Of a stretch of DNA of 64,000 nucleotides, positions 12,758-24,800 are shown piece after piece. The stretch is from NCBI RefSeq assembly GCF_009914755.1, contig NC_060932.1; one strand, written 5' to 3'. The first letter of the stretch is position 1. Each line of letters begins with the position of its first letter. A program made the translations under genes and the position numbers. The notes below the pieces were generated by a model. The model ran no database searches. It was not told where the DNA came from and saw only the letters and a program-made list of their open reading frames with translations. The stretch comes from the human T2T-CHM13v2.0 reference genome, Homo sapiens.

Positions 12758-13220
12758 TAGCCCTACATACCTATTTGAATGGCCAAAATCCAGAATACAA
12801 GCAGCATGGATGTAGACTAAAAGAAACTATCATTCACTGTTGGCAGGCATCCAAAATGGTACAGCCACTTTGGAAGACAGTTTGTGTGGCAGTTTCTTAC
12901 AAAACTAAACATACTCTTATTATAAGATCCAGTAATTGTACTTCCTGGTGTTTAACTAAAAGAGTTTAAAACTTATGTTCACACAAAAACATACACACTG
13001 TTTACAGCAGCTTGATTCAAAATTTCCCAAGCTTGGGAGCAACCACCATCCCCTTCCATATTTCAATGGATGAATAAACTGACGTACATCCAAACAACAG
13101 AATATTATTCAGCAGCAAATAGAAATGAACTACAAAGCCATGAAAAGTCAAGGAGAAAACTTAAATGCACATTACTAGGTGAAAAAGCCCATCTGAAATG
13201 TTACATACTGTATGATTCCC
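12758..13220 (+). mobile_element. Continuation of the old host L1M (3' region)
   Basis: 'aaaatggtacagccactttggaagacagttt', 'atggatgaataaact' L1M 3' motifs. Confidence 0.7.
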
Positions 13221-13221
13221 G

Positions 13222-13567
13222 CTACATCATGCATCTTTTAACAATACAGATATCTTCTGAGAAGTGTGCCATTAGGCGATTTTATCATTGTGCAAACATC
13301 ATAGAGTGTGCTTACACAAACAGAGGTGGTACAGCCTACTACACACCTAGACTAGATGATATAGCCTATTGCTCCTAGGCTACAGATCTGTATAACATGT
13401 TACTGTACTGAATACTGTAGGCAGTTTTGATACAACAGAAAATATTTGTGTGTCTAAACATATCTAAACATTTTTAAAGCACAGTAAAAATATGGTATTA
13501 TAGTCTTATGGAACTACTGCCGTATAAGTAGTCAATCATTGACATTGTTATGTCATGCCCAACTGTA
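13222..13567. mobile_element. Tigger3-like DNA transposon fossil
   Basis: 'gtgcaaacatcatagagtgt...cctattgctcctaggctac...catgttactgtactgaatactgtaggca' matches the Tigger3/MER7 pattern from recall; ends ctgta. Confidence 0.75.
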
Positions 13568-13574
13568 CTTTTAA

Positions 13575-13895
<321 letters not shown>

Positions 13896-14649
13896 TTCTC
13901 CATGTCTTTTCTTAGATTCATAGATCACTGGTCCTTTGGTTGGTTCAAAGCATTTTTCTGGTCTACACCTCCACTTTCCAACCATTTTCATAATCATTTT
14001 CCCTATACCTCTCCGGAAATACTTACTCACCTGACATCTAAATTTGACATGAGGTAGTTTGCATCTGGAGAGCTACATTTGTTAAAGGTGAAAATAAATG
14101 AAACATATAATGATAGATATAGTTTGCCTCACACTTTCTTTATATTGGGGAATTGTACTTTTATTACATGTAGTTATATGTCATTTCTACAAAGAACCTC
14201 CACCTTTTTAGGATGCATCAAGTCATAAAAATTTACATTTTTTTGTAAATACCATCCCTTTAGGAAGAATATAATCAGAGAATTTTTCATAATACTTTAT
14301 TTTGTAATCTGCACTTTTATTTAGTCTTCATACTTAAAGATTATCTAAATGTATTCTTAAACAACTTAATTTCATCAATTTTATTAAGAGCTTGAAGCTA
14401 ATCATTCTTATCTATTGAGAATGTTGTTTACTTGGTTTTAGGAAAATGATTATATCTGTCATGAAGACATTATAAACATTTTCCCCATGCTTGATAATGA
14501 TTAAGATTATGAAATTATACACACAAAAAATTATGAAACTGTTCTTTATTAGGTACTTTGGCTGTTAGGGGAAAAAAGAATTTTTTTCAGCCCATGGAAT
14601 GGTAGGTAACCTAAGTCTTTGGAAACAAGGGTACCCACATGGTCTTGCA

Positions 14650-14765
14650 GAGTTGATGATTCATTTCTGTGTAAAATTGAGTTGTAATTAGTTAACTGCA
14701 TGGAAAGCATTTAAGTCAATACCTGATGCACAGTAAGCACTCAGTAAATGCTTAGTATTATTATT
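14650..14765. mobile_element. MIR fragment
   Basis: 'aaagcatttaag...cctgatgcacagtaagcactcagtaaatg...tattattatt' MIR 3' motif. Confidence 0.55.
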
Positions 14766-16779
14766 TTTCTTAGTTATGTAGAAAACCTTTTCTACTCCCC
14801 CATTTCTGTCAAAATATTGTCCTTTTCTTGTCTTACAAACCAACTTAAATACCACGAATATCAGCGAAACTCCCTTTGGGTCAAAGTGATTATAATATTT
14901 GAGAGAACTTTCCTTAAATTTCTCATTGGCTTGTTTCTAGTTCTTCCTTGTATTTTCTTCCTCCTACTAGTCTCAGCTAAACGCTAAGCAAAGCAGGTTC
15001 TCCTACATATTTTTCTATACATCCTCGGTAGCGATGAGCACTAGATCTTGCATCCCACTAGGCTTTTGTGTATACTTGTGAAATTACCCAGTTAGACTCC
15101 AGTACTTACCTGATGAAATACACAGGCAGAAAACAGGTAAATTATATGGATTTTAAGCTCCCCTTTTAAACAGATACAAAACAACTTAATTTGCAAAATA
15201 CTCACTTTTTTGGTTAAGAGAAAAATCTTCATTTTTGAACCATCCTAGGAAGCTGAACTCCCTCAAACTTATATTTTGTAACAACATGGATATCTAACTC
15301 ATTTGAATACTGCATCAAGACCATGTCAAGCTGAATTTAGGTTCCAAATTCTAACTCCAAATTTGTCTCTATCTTGGAAGACTATACATATGTGGAACAG
15401 AGACTATGTTTTTCTGTCAAGAGCACAATAAACAACATTCTATTTTTAGTTAGTTTAAAACTTCAAAACTGAATAAGCCTTTACTAGTGTAAATGACAGA
15501 GTGACTAGTATAGTATAATATGATATATTCATTTTGAAGTCTACACTTTATTTTTATTGTAGTAATACACTTGCTCTTGCTCAAATCTCACGTTATTTTT
15601 CTGTGTTTTTATTTCCAATTTTTTCCCATTGCTTTTTAATTTATTCATTCTTTTAAATCCTTAACAAATTAGTATCATTTCCGAATTACCTCCTCCCATC
15701 TTATTTTTTTTTCATTTTACCATCAAACCTTCAGTCCTTAGTCCATGGCCTACTATTGTATCTTTAGAATGATTTAGGATTTAGATTCAACCTTTTCGTA
15801 TTCAACAAACATTTCTTGAGCATTCTGATGAACAGTCTCTTTGCCCCTCCTGATCCAATTTCTATCCTTTATCTACTCTCTCATTGCTCTAGAAGGCTGG
15901 CTTTTACGGTCTAGAACTCTAGACCAACTGGGCTTTATTTCTTTTTTCTTAATGGATTTGTCTGGTAGTGCTAGATGAAGTAAGAGTTTGCAGTTGTAGC
16001 TAACTCCACTTAAGCCAGAACTACTGTATGGCAGTCCTTTCAAACAGGCAGAACTCTTTCTCTATATTCCAATAACTCTTCGCTTCTCTTGCTCCTTCTG
16101 GCCTAAACATGGTAACAGCTCCTTCTTGTTAGTTTCACTTAACCCTGTCCATATCTTGTAAATAAATTCTTTAATAAATTTCCGTAATTGCCTCATTGAA
16201 TGTGCCATCTATTTCCTATAAATCCAATATTTCACTGTGTACCTGAATTCGTATAGTCTTTTCTATATATTGTTTTATTAAACCTTATGAATAAATTGAT
16301 AATATAACCCATATTTTATAAAGGAACAGAGACACAGAAGATTTAATAGAGTTGCTCAGACACTCAGCTAATATATAATACAGCCAAAAATTAAATCATG
16401 GTCTTCTATTCAAAGTCTAGTACTCCTTTTCCTGTGACTTTACCTTGGTATGATTATTTATTGAGAATATAGAGAACATTGTTATATATTGAAACTGTAT
16501 CCAGATAAACTCACAGGTACATAGGAACAACAGAAGTGAATCTGAATAGGAATTATTTTGGCCAGAACTCTCTGACTGTGACACATTAGTAAGGGGTCAC
16601 ATTTTTCTGTGTTAGTATCAACACTGAATTTAAGGACTGCCTCTAGTTACCCTTCGGAGTCATTTTTATGCAACGTTGGAAGTACTAGAATTCTTTTGCT
16701 TATCCTGGAGAAACATGTTAAAAAACAATTCGAAATGGATGAATAAACAAATGGGTAGATAGAAAAGATCAGATGAGAT

Positions 16780-16933
16780 AAGATAACAGACTATTAATGC
16801 AGAGCTGAAGAATAAGGGCTAGAGACAAGAAAACATGTTAATGATATGACTGACTGAGTAAAATTAACATGAGATAAGATGAAACAAGATAACAGACTAT
16901 TAATGCAGAGCTAAAGAATAAGGGCTAGAGACA
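16780..16933. repeat. 48-bp direct duplication flanking a templated insert
   Basis: aagataacagactattaatgcagagct(g/a)aagaataagggctagagaca at 16780-16827 and 16886-16933. Confidence 0.92.
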
Positions 16934-17845
16934 CTCGACCTAGAACCAGATGCTGACCATGAAGAGAACACCATCTCACCCAAAGCTCACTGAGTCAGTC
17001 AGTTGGCAGAGCCAGCAGGTGGAATCTAATGAGGGGACTGTAGGTTATGGAGTTAATTGAAGCTATGGGGATGATCTGGAGAGTTGCCATATACAGCAAA
17101 ACTAAAGGTGCTAAAAGATATAAGGAGCAAGAGCGCTAGTAAAAAAAAATTAGGTGGTCATTCAAAATAATATGTGCACTTCAGACTTATTCTGGGGAGT
17201 AAATAAAATCATACATGTAAAATATACAATCCAGGAGCCAGCACAAATTATATGTGTAGTATAATGAATGATATAGAGAAAGCTACTGATAATCATGCCA
17301 CTGATGAAATGATAAAAAATATAAAGCAGTGGATAATAGAGATCTTAACTGAGATAAAAAAGAATGTTAAGAATCAAAGCAGGAACTGATACCATGTCTC
17401 AAAAATAAATGCTTGTGCTACAAATACTGGGGCACCATACAAAATTGCAACAGGTAAAAGATGTCTGCCAAGAGCCCTTCCACAGACCTCTCTCCCCAGA
17501 CACTCTGATTCATTCTGAGATGATTCAAAGCCCCAAATGTATGGCTCTGACTAGATCTATTTTTCCTACGACAGACCTGTAACCTAGAATTAACTGCTCC
17601 TTTCTAATCAACACCTTTTTTTTTCAAAATTGAAATTTCAGGTATTAGAAAATCTGATGTCACAATTTGTCATCAGGTGAGCATGAGTTTTAGGTTTAAT
17701 GTCTTCTTCTCAACATGTTTGTTAATCTCAAAGGTAATCTTTAATTGGTTAAAGATTTTATGTTTTGAAGAACTGCTTCCATGAATTGTGGAACATTTGT
17801 TTGTAACCATCAGCAACACACAGAAAGTAAGTTTAGTTATGTTTG

Positions 17846-18354
17846 TGTGATGGTTAATTTTAGGTGTCAACTTGACTGGATTAAGTAATTCCTATAGAGC
17901 TGGTGAAGCATTACTTCTCAGTATGTCTATGAGGGTGTTTCCAGAGAAGATTGGTGTGTATGCTGGTGGAGTGAGTGAAGGCAGATCTCGCCCAAATGTG
18001 GGTGGAGACCATCCAATCAGCTGGGGACCCAGATAGAACAGAAAGTTAGAGAAAAGGTAATTTCCTTACATTCTCTCTCTCCTAGAGCTGGCATGCTTTT
18101 CTTCTGCTGCCCTTAGACATCAGAACTTCAAGATCTCTGGCCTTTGGACTCAGACTTGAACCAGTGGCCCCTGGGTTCTCAGGCCTTGAGCTGAAAATTA
18201 CACCATAGACTTCCCTGGTTCTGAGGCTTTTGGATATAGATTGAGCCACACTTCCAGCTTCCCTGGTTCTCTAGCTTGCAGATGGCCTATTGCTGGACTT
18301 CTCAGCCTCTATACTTCTGGAAGCCAATTCCCCTAATACAGCCCTGAATAATAC
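17846..18354 (+). mobile_element. MLT2 (ERVL) LTR
   Basis: tgtgatggttaattttaggtgtcaacttgactggattaag start; 'gcttgcagatggcctattg...ggacttctcagcctc'. Confidence 0.85.
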
Positions 18355-18639
18355 AGTTTGAAAGGGTTGTTGCTTCCTAGAGCCCTATGGGAGAAAAGGG
18401 AAGATCCAAAAAAGTTTTAGGGGTTATGTTTCCCTTCATGTTTCTGTGGATTTGATCAGCCTCTTTTATTGAAAGAGAAAATTCAGTACTCTTTATCATT
18501 TATGTTCAATTTTTCTAAATTAATTTGCACATTTAATATAATTCTCAATTTTAAATAAACACAACTGAATTTTTTTTCATAGCCTGGCAGAAATTGGCAA
18601 TAAATAATAATTAATCTAGAAAAGCAAGCAGGCAAGGAT

Positions 18640-19560
18640 ATTAAAGTATGTCATGAGTGTGTGTACTAACATAAAATATTGCAATTCATTAAAATTAAAG
18701 CAATGATAACTAAAATAGTGTAGTATTTTAGCCAGATGTACAAACTTCTAGACAGATGTACAAACCAAGAGAATAAGATAATAAATTCAAGAATAACATA
18801 AACATACATATACTATATATGTTAATATGTGTATGTGAATACATATATATATGTATACATGTATATATGATTAAAGGAAGCATCAAACAATATGTAAATA
18901 AATGATGTTGGGACCATTTATTAGCACTTGAAAAACTGTAAGTCAACACTCTATAAGTGCTGATTTAAAGTGTTTGATTAAAACTACAAAAAACTAGCCA
19001 AAACAATTGAAAAACTACCAAAAATGATTTTATAGTTATAGAACCCTGAAGGATTAAACACTTTATACATTTGAAATTATAGGTGTAGCCACAAAGAAAT
19101 ATATTGACAAATTTGGCCATTCTCCTGGTGAAGGAAAATCAATGTAAAATAAAAAGAATGCAGCCAAAGAAGGATATTTGCAGCAAATATTAAGGCTATA
19201 TAAAGAATTCTTACAAAGAGAATAAAATCAGAAATATAGACGAAAGACATTATATATAATTCAGACAAAAGAAAGTATATTTTAGTAATTAGAACTCAAA
19301 CAGAGGAAAAATAATTATTATATCTTCTAGTCAAAGAAATGCAAATTAAAATAACAAGGAGGCAGTATTATTAAATCAGGGAAATTTTTAAAATTCAGAC
19401 TCAATGCTAGTATTACTGGCAGTCTCAGTGCCCATTTGAATTGATAAATAATAATCTAGATTAAAAACTAGAATTATCTTTCAAGACTATAAAAATATTT
19501 ATTTCTTTTGATCCAAAAGCAAATTTCTTGAAACTTTACACGTATAAGTTTTTATTGCAA
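18640..19560 (+). mobile_element. Highly decayed L1ME-like fragments
   Basis: Residual motifs 'aataaatgatgttggga', 'gtcaaagaaatgcaaattaaaataacaagg'. Confidence 0.45.
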
Positions 19561-20012
19561 ACTCATTTTTTTTAAGTAATTCTGTTTTTCTAATTCAAAA
19601 ATAAGACAAGCTCTTTAGAGAAAAATATTAAAAGCCAAGAAGAAAAATAAATTAATAATCACTCAAAATCCCACCATTCGAAATTGACCACAGACAAAAG
19701 TTGGTAAATTAAATTTCCTTAATATTTTCCTAGGTATACAAAATGCTATATCATTGAGCTCATAATATATAAGTTTGTGTAATGCAGTTTTTGCTTTACT
19801 TTTTATTTTTAAGTCATTAGAAAGTTGGCAATAATTATTTTAATGATATATAATTCATCCTTGTATATTTCCATGGTTTATTTTACCATTTCTTTGTAAT
19901 TGGACATTAAATTACAAATTTTCAACATTTAAACAAATGCATTCTATAGTAAAAAAAGTTTCAAAAAAAACCTAAAAGTATAATAATGTAAGTGGTTAAA
20001 ACAGAATAAATC

Positions 20013-20314
20013 GGCCAGGTGCGGGGCCTCACGCCTGTAATCCCAGCACTTTGGGAAGCCAAGGTGGGCGGATCATGAGGTCAGGAGTTCAACCAGCCTG
20101 GCCAACATGGTGAAACCCCATTTTTACTAAAAATACAAAAATTAGGCAGGCATGGTGGCGGGTGCCTGTAATCCCAGCTACTCGGGAGGCTCAGGAGACT
20201 CTTGAACCCAGGAGGCAGAGGTTGCAGTGAGCCTGAGATCGCGCCACTGCACTGGCAATAGAGCAAGACTCTATCTCAAAAATAAAATAATAAAATAAAA
20301 TAAAATAAAATAAA
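20013..20314 (+). mobile_element. AluS-like SINE with (TAAAA)n tail
   Basis: ggccaggtgcgg...gcaagactctatctcaaaa(ataaa)n; aataaatc on both flanks. Confidence 0.92.
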
Positions 20315-22394
20315 TCCATCCATGACCAAATTAATGAAAACTGCAGTGCAGTGGAAATAAGCTTATGATACAATGTCCATCCACCAAATTGCAGCTCAGG
20401 GCTTAATTTTTCTAAGAAACTTTTCCTGGTACATTACATTAAGGAGATGCTCACCTCACTTTCATTTAATATGTAGAACTTCCTGGCTTGTCCATGCTCT
20501 GTAGTTCCAGTTTTACAGTGCCTCTTTTTTAGTTGCCCTGTGGGCACCCCAGGACATGTTAATGATATGACTGACTGAGTAAAACCTGCTAATGAAAAGA
20601 CTAAATAAGAGTAGCAAAGGTTTGCTCATGTTCTTCATCTCTCTTTTTTTTTTTTTTTTTCCAAGTAGTGGTTTTCCTTTCTCTTGTTGGTACCATGTAG
20701 GCATACATTAGTCATGGTTTTCTGAGTTAGGAACAAATGATTTTCAAAAGATTTGGAAAATATACTGCCTTAATTCTATCATGAGGTTCCATGCAGAGAG
20801 CAACAGTTCAGTGTGAAGAGTCAGCACTGTAGATTATTGACTTCCTATTTGCCTTGGCAGACAGAACATCAAAGTCAATCTCAAAAATCAGCGTTTCCAT
20901 CAGAAGACACCTATGATAACAGATCATAGACAGGCCTGCTTTTATCATTAATACCAAATTAGAAGAGGAAATAATGCCTAATATCTCTCTTGAAAGCAAC
21001 ATTTACTACATACAGCTTAGACAGTGAAATTTGGGTTTAACTTCAGCAATAATAATCTAGTAGGAGAATTTTTTTTTGTATCTAGCAGTTAGAAAGTCCT
21101 AAGTAATAATATACAAGGTGAAGTTAGACAAGAAGTCTGAAGCCATTTTTCATCAAGTTCATTTCACTCATGAATTAGTAGGGTAGAAGATTTAGGTGTG
21201 CTCTCTCTCCCTCCTTTTGCCTGTTTCATCGAAGCATCCTGCAGACGGCTGTACTATGCCCTACACAGCGACAATTTGGCTGCCCAAATCATTCGAGACA
21301 TTTTGGCTTATTTTGACTGTGCCACAGTCAATCAAGGCAGCTACACTTTGCTTGTAACTGTCAACAGAAAGGATGCCTTGTGGTCACACACGAGGGCACA
21401 AGTGTCCCAAGTCAACGGACAAGGAAAAGATGGAATATTTGTTATTTTTGTCAGTCATAAAGGGAAAGATTTTTGCCTTTCCTTTTCCTAAAATTATGTA
21501 TGTCATTGCTCGGCAGACTTTGAAAGAAAGTGGAAAACTTAAAAATGAAAGAATGCAGAAAGCATCATAAACATTACTTTTGCTGGATAGATTTTGCTAT
21601 TTACAAACCATTTCACTGTTATCATGACTGTGTTATACAAGCGTGCATGTCAGTTTATGCAGCATGTAATTGTTCCTTTAGGGAAATAGTATCTTCTCTT
21701 AAGGGTGAGAAGAAAAAACACAATTTTTCTTTCTACAAATAGGCAATGATATCTTGCATGAAAGTATACTTTTTTGCTTTGTTTTCACAATTCATGAACA
21801 AATGCATATAGCCATACGTGCATACATACACAACAGGGACAGATGCAGGCTTAAATTGGTTTGATAATGGCATGGTATTCTCAGTAGTCTACAACATAAA
21901 TTATATGCCCAGCTTTATACTCCCAAATTAGTTTCATGGAATTAATTTTTCCCATACTGCTCTTTGTTATAATTTTCATCACTAAATATGCCAGTGGGTT
22001 ATAAATTTCATGAGGATAGAGATGGGATCTCATTCAACATTGTAGCCCACAATGCAAGAAAAAATGTTAATCCCATGGCATTTATAAAAAGAAAATTATA
22101 TTTAATTTTAAATTTTGTGTATAGAGTATTTCTTCTACATATAAAACCAAGCTTTTTAAAATTTAATTTTTATAAACTCAACAAGTTTATGTAATCATAA
22201 TGTTCTAAATTATATCTTTTCTTTAAAAAAAATTTCCCTCAGATTTGAGACTGTTTGATTCTTGGGGGAATTTTCAAAATTATAAGGATTTTATTGAAAA
22301 TATCATTTATTAGTGTAATATGCCAAAAATATAACTTTTCAAATAGCAAACTGATACATACTTAGAGGCATTAAAATCTCCTATAAATTGATGA

Positions 22395-22640
22395 TAATGA
22401 TAGGTAATATTTATTGAGTGCTTATACAGTGCCAGGCCCTGTGCCATTTCACAGGATATTTAACAATCCTCTATTGAGGCATCTATCTCTGTTATTATAA
22501 TACCCATTTTATAGAAAAAGTACACTAGGCTCGAGAAAGTTAATTAATGGTCTAGGATCGCACCACCATATGAACTGGAGCTAGAATTCTCTCTCTCTTT
22601 TCACTGACCCCAATGCTTCCACTCTTATGTACTTTGCTCT
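22395..22640. mobile_element. MIR
   Basis: 'atttattgagtgctta...gtgccagg...cccattttatag...gagaaagttaa' MIR core. Confidence 0.65.
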
Positions 22641-23674
22641 ATAGTTTGCTTAATAATACTTGTTTGCCTTTCTGACATCTCTGTTTCCTCCCTAATACAT
22701 ACTAGCAAACTGCATTTACTATCTTCCTGTTTTTATGGTAACCTAGGGGGAAAAACAAAGTTTTTTTAACATAATAAATCTGAATGATCAATATTAGGAT
22801 CAAAGTTCTATGGACCCTTTAAATCAGATTATTATCAAAGCAGATATTTATGTATTTGGTTAGCATTTATTGAGCACCTACTATATGTGAATCACTCGCT
22901 AACAGAAGTAAATTCCGTAGTTTTAAAAAATGAAGCAAAATGTTCATATTACCTCAACAGAGTATAGACATATAGTGTAATAGGGTCTGGTTCAGTGGTT
23001 GTAACTGATTTTCACATAATCTGCAACTCTGATGAGTAACAAAAAAAGGCAATTTTTAATAAAAGCCTTTTTGAATAAAAGTGAATGCAACAGAAATAAT
23101 AGAAGCGATTATTGATAAAAAGAACAGAAAGTTAGGCACTGAATCCTATCTTGAGGGTAAAAAGCAATAATTTCTCTCAAAGTATCATAAGTTTATAATT
23201 GGTCTTTAACAATGGTGTGTAAATGCAACAACCACAACTAAGGAATATGCTCTTGGAAAGAAGGACATCATCAATAATTCCTATTAATGGTACAGAAACA
23301 CATAAGTCAAAATATCATACTTTCACATGGAATACTTGGATTCCACTAAACTTGAGCATCTTTTACAAACCCATTGGTAAAAATCATGCCACTGAGAATG
23401 GTGAAAGTCTGGACATCATACCACTGAGACAGAGCCTGAAAATTAGATCTGTCACATCCATCATTCTGACATCTAGCCTGGGTTGTCTAACTCTAGATAC
23501 ATCTACTCTTCTTCAGAACCAAATAGTCAAAGTCAGCTGACTTTGGCCAAGGACACTTTCTCCTTATTTCTTAGCTAGGAGAGGTGAATGGAGGACTGTT
23601 TCTCCCCCATTGAGACAGATTATATTTTTACCCCCTTGGATTCAAAGAAAAGAACATTTTTTGCTATGTGACTT

Positions 23675-23910
23675 TTAGGGAAGCAGCATGACAGTGCTCA
23701 TATAGAAGGCTGAATCCCATCTCTAGTACTTATCTGTTCTATAAACTTGTGCAAGCGTCTTAAAACCTGTGACTCAATTTCCTTTTCTGTAAAGCGGGGA
23801 TAATAATAGTACCTACCTCAGTGGGGAGCTATGTGGATAAATGTGGCCATTTTAGTAAAGCACTTATCACCATGCCTGGTACATCGTGAGCACGCAGTGA
23901 ACATTAACTT
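23675..23910. mobile_element. MIR
   Basis: 'ctcaatttccttttctgtaaagcggggataataatagtacctacctca' MIR core. Confidence 0.7.
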
Positions 23911-24114
23911 TGCTTCCCAACAGTCAGCAATGTCTCAAATGGTGGCTAAAAGCATTGGTGGGCTTATTTCCCATAGAATTCAGCAGTCTTGCTCTTTTGA
24001 CTTTCATCTTCCAAACTCTTAGTAAATGAACTGCTTCATTTCATACTGAACATTCCAACTAGGCCCCTTCCCTGTGATCCTCCAAGGAAGGAGAGGATAA
24101 TGTTAGACACAGAA

Positions 24115-24800
24115 AGGTATCCTGGTGAAACTAGAGGATATTATGCTAAGTGAAATAAGCTAGGCACAAAGGGACAAGTACTGCATTTTCCCATTTATAT
24201 AAGATATCTAAAGGAGTCAAACTCCTAGAAGCAGAGGGTAGAATGATGGTTACCAAGGACTAGAGAGAGAGAGAAATAGGGAGTTGGTTTTTAACAGGTG
24301 TACTCAGTTATGAAAGAAGAAAAAGCTCTACAGAACTACTGTATCTCATTATGTTTATAGCTAATACTGTACTCAACAATTAAACACTTGTTAAGAGGTT
24401 GTATTAATCCATTTTCACAGTGCCGATAAAGACTGAGTAATTTATAAAGTAAAAGAGGTTTAATGAACTCACAGCTCCATGTGGATGGGGAGGCCTCAAA
24501 ATGGTGGTGGAAGGCCAAAGGCACTTCTTACCTGACTGGGCGAGACAGAATCAGGGAGCCAAGCAAAAGGGGTTTCCCCTTATAAAATCATCAGATCTCA
24601 TGAGACTGTTCACTACCACCAGAACAGTACGGGAGAAACTGCCCTCATGATTCAATTATCTCCCACTGGGTCCCTCCCACAACACCCGAAAATTATGGGA
24701 GCTACATTTCAAGATGAGATTTGGGTGGGGACACTGCCAAACCATATCAGAGGTTAAATCTCATGTTAGGTGTTCTCTAACCACAGCAAAAGACAAAAAT
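24115..24800 (+). mobile_element. L1M 3' UTR fragment split by a THE1 LTR
   Basis: 'attatgctaagtgaaataagc...gcacaaagggacaa', 'gttaagaggt|taaatctcatgttaggtgttct'. Confidence 0.7.
24400..24749 (-). mobile_element. THE1 (MaLR) solo LTR
   Basis: tgtattaatccattttcac...gggacactgccaaaccatatca; TSD GAGGT at 24395-24399 and 24750-24754. Confidence 0.9.

Noticed and set aside
21198-21491. 97-aa ORF as a coding exon
   Set aside because: GTG start, no recognisable homology or splice context.
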